Assembly: GCA_964507055.1 (NCBI GenBank)
Contig: CAZDOJ010000001.1
Coordinates: 13,210 to 77,209, forward strand
Direction of reading: 5' to 3'
DNA length: 64,000 nt
From: an uncultured Gammaproteobacteria bacterium
GTDB lineage: Bacteria > Patescibacteriota > Microgenomatia > Levybacterales > UBA12049
Below are positions 10,166 through 19,685 of the stretch, one piece after another; within the stretch, counting starts at the first letter, position 1; the number at the start of each line of letters is the position of its first letter. Position numbers and translations under genes: made by a program. The notes beneath the pieces were generated by a model. That model had not been told where the DNA came from and searched no databases. It worked only from the letters and a program-made list of their open reading frames with translations.

Positions 10166-10205
10166 GATATTGTTTTTGTGACAGGCTTTCTGCTATATTT
10201 GTCAC

Positions 10206-11525
10206 ATGATTAACCTCAAGAAAACAGATCCCCAAATTTATGAACTCATAAAGGCTGAAGAAAGACGTCAGAAAGACGTTCTCGAAATGATCCCTTCGGA
10301 GAATTACACATCACAAGCAGTGATGGAAGCTCTTGGTACAGTTCTAACAAATAAATATTCAGAAGGTTATCCAAAGAAACGATACTATCAGGGAAATGCT
10401 GTTGTCGATGAAGTAGAAATCCTTGCACAAGAACGTGTAAAGAAATTGTTTGGTGTGCCGTATGCAAATGTCCAACCATATTCTGGATCTCCTGCAAATG
10501 CTGCAATTCACTTTGCATTGATGGAGCAAGGCGATACGTTAATGGGATTGAAGTTGGCTTTTGGTGGACATTTGACCCATGGAGCGGCAATGAGTTACTC
10601 AAGCCGATTCTTCAAATCTGTGCAATATGAGCTTGGTCCTGACGGCTCACTCGATTACGATGCGATTGAGAAGTTAGCGATGAAGGAAAAGCCAAAAGTT
10701 ATTGTTTGTGGTTTTACAGCATATCCAAGAGCAGTTGATTTTAAACGGTTTGCACAAATCGCAGATAAAGTTGGAGCTTATTTACATGCAGATATCTCTC
10801 ATATAACTGGTTTAATTGTCGCTGGTGTTCATCAAAGTCCAGTTGATTATGCACACGTCATCATGACTACAACCCATAAAAGTCTTCGCGGTCCACGAGG
10901 TGCAATTATTATGGTTACAGAGAAGGGATTAAAAAAGAATCCTGATCTGCCAAAGAAGATTGATAGTGCAATTATTCCCGGATTGCAAGGCGGACCGCAT
11001 GACAATCAGACGGCGGCAATTGCTGTTTCATTAAAAGAGGCAAGTACAGCATCATTCAAAAAATATGGAGCACAAATTGTAAAGAATAGTAAGGCGTTGG
11101 CTGAAGGTTTGAATACATTTGGTTTTGATTTAATAAGCGGCGGATCTGATAATCATCTCATTCTTATCGATTTACGCAATAAAAAAGTAAATGGTGCAGT
11201 AGTTGCTTTGGCACTTGATGTCGCGGGAATAGTTACCAATAAAAATGGTGTACCTTTTGATCCAATGCCTCCATTTTATCCTTCAGGATTACGCTTGGGA
11301 ACTCCAGCTTTAACCACTCGTGGAATGAAAGAAAAAGAAATGAAGCAGGTTGCAATATGGATAAACCAAGTTGTTGAAGAAGTTGGCGATTTGATATTAC
11401 CTGAGGATAAAGAGGAACGGAAGCTTGTTTGGAAAAAGTATAAAGCTGATATTGTAAAGAATAAAGCTCTATTAAAAATTGCAAAAGAGATTAAATCATT
11501 TTGTACAAAATTCCCCGTACCATAA
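10206..11525 (+). CDS. glyA: Serine hydroxymethyltransferase.
   Basis: 'EMIPSENYTS', 'YSEGYPKKRYYQG' and the PLP-lysine region 'VIMTTTHKSLRGPRG' are canonical SHMT motifs. Confidence 0.9.
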   Translation: MINLKKTDPQIYELIKAEERRQKDVLEMIPSENYTSQAVMEALGTVLTNKYSEGYPKKRYYQGNAVVDEVEILAQERVKKLFGVPYANVQPYSGSPANAAIHFALMEQGDTLMGLKLAFGGHLTHGAAMSYSSRFFKSVQYELGPDGSLDYDAIEKLAMKEKPKVIVCGFTAYPRAVDFKRFAQIADKVGAYLHADISHITGLIVAGVHQSPVDYAHVIMTTTHKSLRGPRGAIIMVTEKGLKKNPDLPKKIDSAIIPGLQGGPHDNQTAAIAVSLKEASTASFKKYGAQIVKNSKALAEGLNTFGFDLISGGSDNHLILIDLRNKKVNGAVVALALDVAGIVTNKNGVPFDPMPPFYPSGLRLGTPALTTRGMKEKEMKQVAIWINQVVEEVGDLILPEDKEERKLVWKKYKADIVKNKALLKIAKEIKSFCTKFPVP

Positions 11526-11593
11526 ATCTCAAAAATCATCGTACAGTTGGTAAATAAGAGTACTACCTTGCCGAGACAAGCAGCATAAAATTA

Positions 11594-12544
11594 TTATGAA
11601 GTGCAGATATTGGCTACGATATTTTCAAGAATCTTATCTAAATTGCCTCCGTTGATACTATTAAAGTAATGTGTCTCAGTTGGTGCTGAAGCAACTTCTT
11701 TCATTAATGTTTCAAGATATGGGAAAAGCACTGCATCACTTGGATAACTTGGACTGTAAATATTTACTGAATAGATCCCAACTCCCATTTGCTTGATATC
11801 ACTTGCTATATTTGTCGGAACTCTTGGATCCTGTTCTCTTGCAAAACATCGCTGCTGTGGTGCAGTATTCGGATCAGGTGTTTCAACATAACAGTTTCTT
11901 GGTGGAGGAACTTCTGGTACACCGTCTGTCATAAGAATTAAATTCCACTTATATCCAGGATAAGCTTTTTCATCAAGTTGTTCTGCAATTTTATCCTTGA
12001 CCATAGCCATACCATCTCTTGTTCTCGTGTAACCATCAGGTTTAAGGCCATTAATCGCTTTATCTAATTCAGGTTTTGCGTCTTTGTAATAATTGATTGG
12101 CACTTCTTCTTCCACATCTTTACTAAAAGTATACAAACCTACAACTGATTTCCCTCCAAGGTTTTCGAGAAAATATTTAACGGCTTTTTTCGTATTATCC
12201 ATTTTCCCAGCAAACTTCATTGAACCAGAGGTATCGACTAAAAAGATCATCGCGGAATTCTGTCCACAATTACTTACATTAAATGTTTTTAGCTGAAGAT
12301 TATTATCTGCTGAAGTCTGTGCGTCAGTTGGCATAACTATTCTTTGCTTTGGATAATCTTCTGGATTGAAGTGAGGTTCAAGTGTTGGTGGTCCACCTGG
12401 ACCGTTTGGGTCAACTGGCGTTCCGCCGCCTGAGGCTACAAAAGCTCCCGCGATGACCAGTCCCATGATAAAAAGAATGGAAATAGCATTTGTGCGTGCT
12501 TCTCTATATGGTAGGGGAGGTCTACTTCCTTTGATTTTGCTCAT
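11594..12544 (-). CDS. Membrane-anchored vWA-domain protein.
   Basis: There is an N-terminal TM helix 'ISILFIMGLVIAGAFVA' and a MIDAS motif 'AMIFLVDTSGSMKF'. It is probably co-transcribed with the upstream Hint-domain gene. Confidence 0.6.
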   Translation of the reverse strand: MSKIKGSRPPLPYREARTNAISILFIMGLVIAGAFVASGGGTPVDPNGPGGPPTLEPHFNPEDYPKQRIVMPTDAQTSADNNLQLKTFNVSNCGQNSAMIFLVDTSGSMKFAGKMDNTKKAVKYFLENLGGKSVVGLYTFSKDVEEEVPINYYKDAKPELDKAINGLKPDGYTRTRDGMAMVKDKIAEQLDEKAYPGYKWNLILMTDGVPEVPPPRNCYVETPDPNTAPQQRCFAREQDPRVPTNIASDIKQMGVGIYSVNIYSPSYPSDAVLFPYLETLMKEVASAPTETHYFNSINGGNLDKILENIVANICTS

Positions 12545-12555
12545 AAGAATAACAG

Positions 12556-13407
12556 CTAGAGCTGGCTTCCACCGCTGCTTCCACTTCCGCCGCCACCGCC
12601 GCCTTTATTGTGGGCGAGAACGCCATCTGCGTAGAAGTTATTATGTCCACTTACTTTCTTGAGATTATATGCCTGTACTGGACCAGGGAAATAATCCATC
12701 CTAGTAATCGCGACATATTTTCCTGAATCTTTCAATACTTTGTCTCCGACTTTAAGAGGTTTTACTTTCAATACAGCATTCTCTTGAGCTGTTTTCTCTG
12801 GAGAAATAGATTTCCAACCTTCTGATGTGTACAGTGGATGTTCATTCGTTACACCAAGAACAGTTCCATCAGCGAGTTTGACATTATAATGATGATCGCG
12901 AAGTGGGGCATCCATTTCTTGTACTTTTACTGCAACTTGCTTCTTGCCATCATACCCGATGACACTATCTCCAACTTTTACATCTTCGATATTCTTTTCA
13001 GAATAATCAGCCATTAAGATCTTTGTTCCAGCTACGAAGCATGTGCTTCCACCGCCGCCACCGCCGCCACCACCTGTTGCAGGAGGCTGAGGAGTCGGAG
13101 TTGGAGTTGGGGTTGGTGAAGGAGTCGGTGTTGGTGTAAGTGTGATGCCAGGAAAATCTTCAAGCTGGAGATTTGATTTTCCGTCAGTATCGTCACCACG
13201 TTGGATAATAACTGGTTGACTATCATCTGGGGAAGCAAACTTAGGAGCAGAATTGCCGAGCATCATAACGCCGCCGCCAATGACAATTCCTAGGAAAATG
13301 ATTGCATAGATGGTACCAGCACCTACAGCGCCACGAGATTTTTTAACCTTTAATAAAAGTGCGTTTTTAGGTTTTCGAGCAGTAGTAGTTTTCTTTTTAG
13401 CGGGCAT
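12556..13407 (-). CDS. Membrane-anchored protein with a PT-rich linker, poly-Gly tracts and a Hint (bacterial intein-like, type-B-like BIL) domain.
   Basis: The TM helix is 'GTIYAIIFLGIVIGGGVMMLG'. The linker is 'PTPTPSPTPTPTPTPQPP' followed by G9. Hint block A is 'CFVAGTKILMADY', block B is 'VTNEHPLYT' (a TxxH motif), and the terminal block is 'NNFYADGVLAHN', followed by Lys and then a G/S-rich 16-aa tail. Confidence 0.65.
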   Translation of the reverse strand: MPAKKKTTTARKPKNALLLKVKKSRGAVGAGTIYAIIFLGIVIGGGVMMLGNSAPKFASPDDSQPVIIQRGDDTDGKSNLQLEDFPGITLTPTPTPSPTPTPTPTPQPPATGGGGGGGGGSTCFVAGTKILMADYSEKNIEDVKVGDSVIGYDGKKQVAVKVQEMDAPLRDHHYNVKLADGTVLGVTNEHPLYTSEGWKSISPEKTAQENAVLKVKPLKVGDKVLKDSGKYVAITRMDYFPGPVQAYNLKKVSGHNNFYADGVLAHNKGGGGGGSGSSGGSQL

Positions 13408-13581
13408 AGAAAAGCTCCTACATCCAGATTACTCTGAAAATTATTGCTCTGTCAAGCGACATTTTTCATGATTAAGGGTTGCATCAAGCTCAACTCTCTA
13501 GTATAATGACAGTTATCTTACACATTCAGCAGATATATCCTGAACCCACATATAGCTGAATGGAAGTTGAAGGATATTATT

Positions 13582-14478
13582 ATGAAAGCAGTTAGTTTAG
13601 AAGAATTATTAGAAGCAGGTTGCCACTTTGGCCACCAAGTTTCCCGCCAGAACTCCAAAGCAAAAGAGTATATCTTTGAAGCACGCGATAAAATCCACAT
13701 TATTGATCTTGAAAAAACAAAGGAAGGCCTTGAAGATGCTGGTAAGTTTATTAAAGATGTTGCACGAAAGAACGGTACTATATTAGTACTTGGTACAAAG
13801 CGACAAGCACAGAGTGTTCTCGAAGAAGAAAAAAGTAGATTCTCTAATGACGATCTCGCAGGAATGTATTTCGTTAACAAGCGATGGATCGGTGGAACTT
13901 TGACTAACTACTCAGAAGTTGCAAAGAATTTCAAAAAGTTAAAAGATCTTACATCAAAGTTAAAGGATGCAAAAGAGCGAGCGAAATACACAAAAAAAGA
14001 ATTAAGTGATTGGGATAAAGAACGAGCAAAGCTTGAAGCATTCTATGGTGGAATTGCTGATATGCCGACTGTACCTACAGCATTATTCATTATAGATACA
14101 CATCTCGAACACGTCGCAGCAGGTGAATCACTTAGAGCTGGTATCCCAACTGTGGGTATCACTGATACAAATGCTGATCCAACAATCATTACGTATCCAA
14201 TCCCTGCAAATGACGACGCAGTTGGTTCGTTGAAGCTTATCATTGGCTATATCTTTGATGCATGGGCTGAAGGAAAGAAATTGATTGGTTCTGAAGAACC
14301 AAAGGAAGAAAAGAAAGCAAAAGAAGAAAAACCAGCTGAGAAAAAAGCTGAAGCTAAAGAAACAAAAACTGAAAAAGCAGAAGCAAAGAAACCAGCAGCT
14401 CCAAAAGCTGACAAAAGTGGCGAATCAAAAGCAGGTCCCGTAAAGAAGCCTGCAGCAAAGAAGTCAGAGAAGAAATAG
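13582..14478 (+). CDS. rpsB: 30S ribosomal protein S2 with a Lys/Glu/Ala-rich C-terminal extension.
   Basis: 'LLEAGCHFGHQ' is the S2 N-terminal signature and 'GIPTVGITDTNADP' is conserved in S2. The start was moved to the second in-frame Met to match the S2 N-terminus. The roughly 70-aa KE-rich tail is unusual. Confidence 0.85.
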   Translation: MKAVSLEELLEAGCHFGHQVSRQNSKAKEYIFEARDKIHIIDLEKTKEGLEDAGKFIKDVARKNGTILVLGTKRQAQSVLEEEKSRFSNDDLAGMYFVNKRWIGGTLTNYSEVAKNFKKLKDLTSKLKDAKERAKYTKKELSDWDKERAKLEAFYGGIADMPTVPTALFIIDTHLEHVAAGESLRAGIPTVGITDTNADPTIITYPIPANDDAVGSLKLIIGYIFDAWAEGKKLIGSEEPKEEKKAKEEKPAEKKAEAKETKTEKAEAKKPAAPKADKSGESKAGPVKKPAAKKSEKK

Positions 14479-14517
14479 TTCTTGATTCTTACTTCATAAT
14501 TCTTTATTCTATAACCT

Positions 14518-14973
14518 ATGGCACAACTAGATTTAAAAGCAATCAAAAAATTACGTGATGAAACATCTGCATCAATTGCAGATTGTCGTCGAGCTCTCGA
14601 AGAAGCAAACGGAGATGAGAAAAAAGCTCTTGAATGGCTAAAGAAGAGAGCCGGTGAAATTGCTGCTAAGAAAGCAGATCGCGAAACTTCACAAGGAATT
14701 ATCGAGGCATATATTCATGGTGGTGGTAAAGTTGGAGTTTTAGTTGACCTTGCATGTGAGACTGATTTCGTTGCAAAAACAGATGAATTCAAAGCTCTCG
14801 CAAAAGAAGTTGCTATGCAGGTTGCAGCTATGGATCCAAAAGATGTGGATGATCTTTTGAAGCAAGCATACATTCGTGATGGTTCACAAACAATCGAATC
14901 CCTCGTTAAAGATGCTATTGGTAAAATCGGAGAAAATATCGCAATTAAAAAATTCGTCCGGTTTGAGATCTAA
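14518..14973 (+). CDS. tsf: Elongation factor Ts, short form.
   Basis: 'IKKLRDETSASIADCRRALEEANGD...KALEWLKK' is the EF-Ts UBA-like N-terminal signature. The protein has about 150 aa, as in minimal genomes. Confidence 0.75.
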   Translation: MAQLDLKAIKKLRDETSASIADCRRALEEANGDEKKALEWLKKRAGEIAAKKADRETSQGIIEAYIHGGGKVGVLVDLACETDFVAKTDEFKALAKEVAMQVAAMDPKDVDDLLKQAYIRDGSQTIESLVKDAIGKIGENIAIKKFVRFEI

Positions 14974-14982
14974 ACCTATTTT

Positions 14983-15534
14983 ATGGATCCAGTCTTAACT
15001 ACAACAAAGCAAAAACTCCAAAAGGTTCTCGATGTGCTTCGAGATGATATCGCAACAATTCGTACTGGTCGTGCAGTCCCTTCATTGGTTGAAAACATTA
15101 CTGTTATGGCATATGGTGGTTCAGCCAAACTCAAAGTTATGGAGCTTGCAACAATCGGAACTCCTGACAATCAAACTATTGTTATCACACCATTTGACGC
15201 ATCAACGATTCACGAAATTCAAAAGGGGATTGAGCAGGCAAATGTGGGCTACAACCCAATCATTGATGGCATGTTACTTCGTATTTCTATCCCACCACTT
15301 TCTTTGGAACGTCGACAAGAACTCATTAAAGCAATGAAAGGAAAACTCGAAAACGGTAAAATTATGGTTCGACAAGTTCGTCACGAAATGATTGAAGATA
15401 TGAAGAAGGATTATGAAGGCCGCGAGGACGATATCAAACGATTAGAAAAAGAAGTACAAAAAGCTGTTGATGAAACTATCGAAACTATTGAAGATTGGGG
15501 CAAACAAAAAGAACAAGAACTTCTCCAAATTTAA
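14983..15534 (+). CDS. frr: Ribosome recycling factor.
   Basis: 'TIRTGRAVPSLVENITV', 'ISIPPLSLERRQEL' and 'VRQVRHE' are RRF signatures. It follows tsf directly, with no pyrH between them. Confidence 0.85.
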   Translation: MDPVLTTTKQKLQKVLDVLRDDIATIRTGRAVPSLVENITVMAYGGSAKLKVMELATIGTPDNQTIVITPFDASTIHEIQKGIEQANVGYNPIIDGMLLRISIPPLSLERRQELIKAMKGKLENGKIMVRQVRHEMIEDMKKDYEGREDDIKRLEKEVQKAVDETIETIEDWGKQKEQELLQI

Positions 15535-16838
15535 TCTTCTGTAGGTTCTTTTGCAAACATATCTAAATAAGCAATTGCAGGATCCATGCCTTCTGTTACT
15601 GGTAAAGCTTCAGGTTTCGTTACCCCGAATAGGTTGTTTAGTATATCTTCTATTTTTCCAATAGTAGCTAAGTCTTTAGGTCTTTCCCTCGAAGCATCTA
15701 TACTAACATTGAGCAGCTGACTCAAAGCAAATTGTGCTTTCAGAGCTTCTTCATCAGAACGGCTACTACTTTCTTTAAATTGCTCAAGGTCCTTCATCGC
15801 ATCTTGTACAGTAGCTATTTCCTCACGCCAGGTCTCAAAATAACGTGCTTCCATTAAATGAGTTCCAAAATAGTTTGCTTCATTCTTATTACCTGGAGTG
15901 TCATCTAAACTAAACGTATAATATTTGGTGCCACCTTTTTGAGGCAACTTCTCCCAACTTGCTGATGCACCTCTTGCGTCATTATAACTTGCATAGATGA
16001 ACTCATTTTTAATCTGAATCATTGCGTCATCGTATGAAGTGCCATCTGCCATTACTTCTTCTATCCTTGTACGGAACTTTATATTTGCAGCTCCAACTGC
16101 TTCTTTCTTTTCTTTCCATCCTGGATTGGCATCTGCATATGCGTGCTCTTGTGTTCGCACATCTTCTCCAAAGCGTTCAAATATTTTGGGTAGGTCTTCA
16201 ATGGTTACTTCCTCAGATGTAAATCCATCAAGAATCTTATCAATATTTGGAGCATAGGTATATTCAGGATATGTTTCAAGTGCCTCAAGTTGATCTTCAG
16301 CTTCAGTCTTTTTTACATCTTTAAGAGTTTCATCTCCATCCAACTCTTGTGCCGCTTTCGTTGCTGCTTCAGGATTAAGGAGAGTATCTTTTAAAACAAG
16401 TAATGCTGCTTTATTTGTCTCAGCTATTGCACGTGCCTCTTCATCCTTGGTCTGCATTTGTTGATCAAATCTCGCGATTCGTTGATCCAAGTATGTTTCT
16501 ATTTTGTCTTTGTGAGGTGGGGAAATTTCATGGCCAGCATAGGCATCTAACAAGATTTCTCGTATATCTACCAATCTGCTTTCTTGACGAAGAAACTCCT
16601 TTCTACCAATGACAACATCTTTCTTTTGCTCATCAAGATCTCCAATTTCCGCTTTCACAAGATCGAAAGCATCAATTGCAGTTACTTTATAGCTATCAGT
16701 GAGCTTGGCACTAAAAAGGCCCGCTTGATTATCAAACTTATCCGATCGGAATGATAATCCAGAGTGGTCATATTCCGGGCTTGGTTTTACTTTAGCTTCT
16801 TTTTCGAGAACAATGCGTTCTCCACCAGCTTCACTCAT
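15531..16838 (-). CDS. Hypothetical acidic soluble protein.
   Basis: It is a long 435-aa ORF convergent with frr. It has no TM helix and no recognisable motif. Confidence 0.4.
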   Translation of the reverse strand: MSEAGGERIVLEKEAKVKPSPEYDHSGLSFRSDKFDNQAGLFSAKLTDSYKVTAIDAFDLVKAEIGDLDEQKKDVVIGRKEFLRQESRLVDIREILLDAYAGHEISPPHKDKIETYLDQRIARFDQQMQTKDEEARAIAETNKAALLVLKDTLLNPEAATKAAQELDGDETLKDVKKTEAEDQLEALETYPEYTYAPNIDKILDGFTSEEVTIEDLPKIFERFGEDVRTQEHAYADANPGWKEKKEAVGAANIKFRTRIEEVMADGTSYDDAMIQIKNEFIYASYNDARGASASWEKLPQKGGTKYYTFSLDDTPGNKNEANYFGTHLMEARYFETWREEIATVQDAMKDLEQFKESSSRSDEEALKAQFALSQLLNVSIDASRERPKDLATIGKIEDILNNLFGVTKPEALPVTEGMDPAIAYLDMFAKEPTED

Positions 16839-16937
16839 ACAGTCTTATCGTATCGTACTTCAACCATATGAAGCAAGTGAAGAAAGCTAAATAAACCTAT
16901 TGTGTGCAGAGTTTAAAAACCTGCTATAATTATTTCT

Positions 16938-18122
16938 ATGATCATCACTGCTTTGGTTTTCCTCCTCATTCTCTCTGTTCTCGTACTTATTCATGAAGCC
17001 GGTCATTACTTTGTTGCTAAAAAATTAGGGATCAAAGTTGAAGAGTTTGGTTTTGGTTTTCCACTTACTCCAGCTATTTGGCAGAAAAAAATAGGCGAGA
17101 CAGTCTATTCATTTTACCCTGTTTTAATTGGAGGATTCGTCAAGCTTTACGGAGAAGATGATGCTGGAGGTGGACGAATTGCCGCACCAAAGGATGCAAA
17201 AAAAGGAAAAGATCCTGATGCAAAACGTGCGTTTTTCTCCCGTCCATTGTGGCAGAGAACTGCTGTAGTTGTTGCTGGTGTCTTCATGAATGCCGTGCTT
17301 GCAGCGGTTATTTATTATGTCTTTCTTGGTATGTCAGGTTTTAAGACAGAGCTTCCGCTTATTGGTCAGCATACATTCTTCGGAGCAAATCAAACTGTCC
17401 AGACACAAGTTGTTGTCAGTGAAATTTCTAAGGGTTCACCTGCAGAACAAGCTGGTATAAAACCATTCTCACGAGTTGAAAGCATCAACGGCGTACCGAT
17501 GAAAGATTTAAAGACATTTTCATCAACTATAAAAGAGAATACCGGAAAACCACTACAAATTACGTGGATCGAAGACCAAACAGGGAAGTCGTCAACTGCA
17601 ACTGTTACTCCACGTGTAAATCCTCCAAAGGGTGAAGGTGCATTGGGTGTAGCATTTTTCCCAGTTCAGACTGTGACACTTGCATATGAAACACCAACGC
17701 AAAAAGCATTCTCAGGTATTGTCCATCCAGCAAATCTGATGGCATACAACTTCAATGTCCTTGGTCAATTGATTGGAGTTTCTGTTCGCGAGAAGACTGC
17801 TGAGCCAATTAGCCAAGGTGTCTCTGGTCCTGTTGGTATTTATAATGTTGTAGGAACAATTGTGGATTTGCCTGATGCAAAAGAACGATTTTTACAACTA
17901 CTTAATTTAGCAGGTTTGCTCTCGATTTCATTGGCATTCTTTAATGTGCTCCCAATTCCGGGGCTTGATGGAGGAAGATTATTCTTTATCATTCTTGAAG
18001 GTATCATCGGGAAGAAAGTAAATCCAAAAGTCGAAGGATATTTCCATGCTGTCGGTATGGTTCTTTTGATCGGATTGTTGCTTCTGGTTACGATTAAAGA
18101 TATTACGCAATTGTTTAAATAA
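16938..18122 (+). CDS. rseP: RseP-type site-2 (M50) intramembrane zinc metalloprotease with a PDZ domain.
   Basis: The HExxH motif appears in 'LIHEAGHYFVAKK'. The PDZ-like segment is 'VVVSEISKGSPAEQAGIKPFSRVESINGVP'. The second zinc-ligand region is 'NVLPIPGLDGG'. There are several TM helices. A 'TGCTATAAT' box lies 7 nt before the ATG. Confidence 0.8.
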   Translation: MIITALVFLLILSVLVLIHEAGHYFVAKKLGIKVEEFGFGFPLTPAIWQKKIGETVYSFYPVLIGGFVKLYGEDDAGGGRIAAPKDAKKGKDPDAKRAFFSRPLWQRTAVVVAGVFMNAVLAAVIYYVFLGMSGFKTELPLIGQHTFFGANQTVQTQVVVSEISKGSPAEQAGIKPFSRVESINGVPMKDLKTFSSTIKENTGKPLQITWIEDQTGKSSTATVTPRVNPPKGEGALGVAFFPVQTVTLAYETPTQKAFSGIVHPANLMAYNFNVLGQLIGVSVREKTAEPISQGVSGPVGIYNVVGTIVDLPDAKERFLQLLNLAGLLSISLAFFNVLPIPGLDGGRLFFIILEGIIGKKVNPKVEGYFHAVGMVLLIGLLLLVTIKDITQLFK

Positions 18123-18190
18123 ATCTCCTGGGATCCCCATCAATATTGACTTTGTTTTTCCTATCTGTAAGACTAGATATGAGGGAATTT

Positions 18191-18919
18191 ATGGTTAATG
18201 AAGAGTTAGTTGCTAATATACGCAATCGATTTCAACAAGGTGAGAGACGAAATGAAATTCGCATGTCTTTGATGGAAGAGGGATGGGAAGAAGCTGATGT
18301 AGATAATGCAATTTCTTTTATTCAAAATGAGGCTTTAAAGCAGCTGCCAGGGATTTCTCATATATATAAATTTATTGATCATCTCGATAGTAAAACTTCA
18401 CATTCGTCACCGAAAGTTATAGCTGCAGTTTTAGCAGGATGTTTCGGAGTTTTGCTCATCATCTTTGGAGGACTTTATTATTTCTTGGATCCTCTAGGTT
18501 TTGGTGGTGTTGAACGAGATAAACAAAGGGAAGCAGATATTGTGAAGATCCGTTCTGCGATTGATAAGTATCAAGTGGATAAGAGTGTTTATCCATCTAC
18601 GCTGCAAGAATTACTGCCAAAATATTTACAAGCAATTCCACAGGATCCAGAGACAGGCGGACAATATAGTTACCAAACAATGGACAATAATTATAACTAT
18701 GAACTTTGTGTGAATTTCGAATCAAAAGCACCTCAATGCGTTTCATCATCGATTGATACCTCAGATATTCCTATGGTGATTGCGACGCCAACTCCAGCAG
18801 CGACAGATACCGTAACTTTGCCCGTAGAACCAGATGCATCTGCACCTGCTGAATTAGAAGAAGCACCAATTGTCACAATTGTCCCTGAAGTAACTGGAGA
18901 GGGAAGTTTGGCATTATGA
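18191..18919 (+). CDS. Membrane protein with a type II secretion/type IV pilus pseudopilin-like (GspG-like) domain.
   Basis: The TM helix is 'VIAAVLAGCFGVLLIIFGGLYYF'. It is followed by 'ADIVKIRSAIDKYQVDKSVYPSTLQELLPKYLQAIPQDPETGGQYSY', which matches the GspG/PulG core pattern. The start was moved from the ORF-track TTG to the ATG preceded by 'GAGGGA'. Confidence 0.45.
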   Translation: MVNEELVANIRNRFQQGERRNEIRMSLMEEGWEEADVDNAISFIQNEALKQLPGISHIYKFIDHLDSKTSHSSPKVIAAVLAGCFGVLLIIFGGLYYFLDPLGFGGVERDKQREADIVKIRSAIDKYQVDKSVYPSTLQELLPKYLQAIPQDPETGGQYSYQTMDNNYNYELCVNFESKAPQCVSSSIDTSDIPMVIATPTPAATDTVTLPVEPDASAPAELEEAPIVTIVPEVTGEGSLAL

Positions 18920-19677
18920 TTTCGGCCTCGAATATAGCAAAAAAGCATACCCATTTTCATCACATCAATCAGGGAATTACGGTCGCTCAAGTTACAGATA
19001 ACGTCCAAGGAATTGAACTTGCGAAGAAAATTCTTTACGACATAACGGATGCAAAAACAACAGTATATCTTTCTGGTGGGAAAACACCGAAAGCACTATA
19101 TGAACAGCTCGCTCAAGAAGAACAAATAAAACCGGGTGCGGTTGGAATTGTCGATGAACGGTTTGGAAAAAAGTTTCATGGTCACAGCAATGAGAAAATG
19201 ATCAGAGAAACAGGCTTGATGCGTTATTTGGAAATACTAGATATTCCTTTCTATCCCATTCTCCAAAATGAAACCAGTCGCGAAGAAACAGCAAACCTAT
19301 ACGACGAAAAAGTTCGTCATCTGAACGCAACATTTCATCAAAGTATTGCAATTTTAGGAATAGGTGTAGATGGTCATACATCAAGTCTTGCACCAAATAG
19401 AAAAGATTTTAAGAATCCTATGTTTGATCCGATGCAAAGTCATTTACTTGTTTCAGAGTTTAATGATCCAAAAAGTTTTTATGGTGAGCGAGTTGGAATG
19501 ACATTTCTCGGATTGTCGATGATTGATCTCAATCTTGTTTTAGTCTTTGGTGAAGACAAAAAGGAAGCACTTGATGCGTTGTTTGATGAAGGTCCGGAAG
19601 AAGAAATCCCATCGCGTTTTTTTAAACGTCCCGATATAGCAAATAAAACTCTTTTCATTACCGATCAAAAAGTTTAG
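18916..19677 (+). CDS. pgl: 6-phosphogluconolactonase.
   Basis: 'VYLSGGKTP' and 'AILGIGVDGHTSSLAP' are DevB/Pgl family signatures. It lies immediately upstream of zwf. Confidence 0.7.
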   Translation: MISASNIAKKHTHFHHINQGITVAQVTDNVQGIELAKKILYDITDAKTTVYLSGGKTPKALYEQLAQEEQIKPGAVGIVDERFGKKFHGHSNEKMIRETGLMRYLEILDIPFYPILQNETSREETANLYDEKVRHLNATFHQSIAILGIGVDGHTSSLAPNRKDFKNPMFDPMQSHLLVSEFNDPKSFYGERVGMTFLGLSMIDLNLVLVFGEDKKEALDALFDEGPEEEIPSRFFKRPDIANKTLFITDQKV

Positions 19678-19685
19678 AATAGATA

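Noticed and set aside
12556-13407. The Hint domain as a classical intein interrupting a housekeeping gene.
   Set aside because: The flanking sequences are low-complexity Gly and PT linkers and a TM anchor, not exteins of a recognisable host protein. The +1 residue is Lys. This favours a BIL-type autoprocessing domain.
16938-18122. The RseP PDZ domain as the receptor for the (S/T)-x-L-COOH tag.
   Set aside because: RseP PDZ domains face the periplasm, but the tagged proteins lack signal peptides and are cytoplasmic. The PDZ-ligand likeness is kept only as an alternative degron-type idea.
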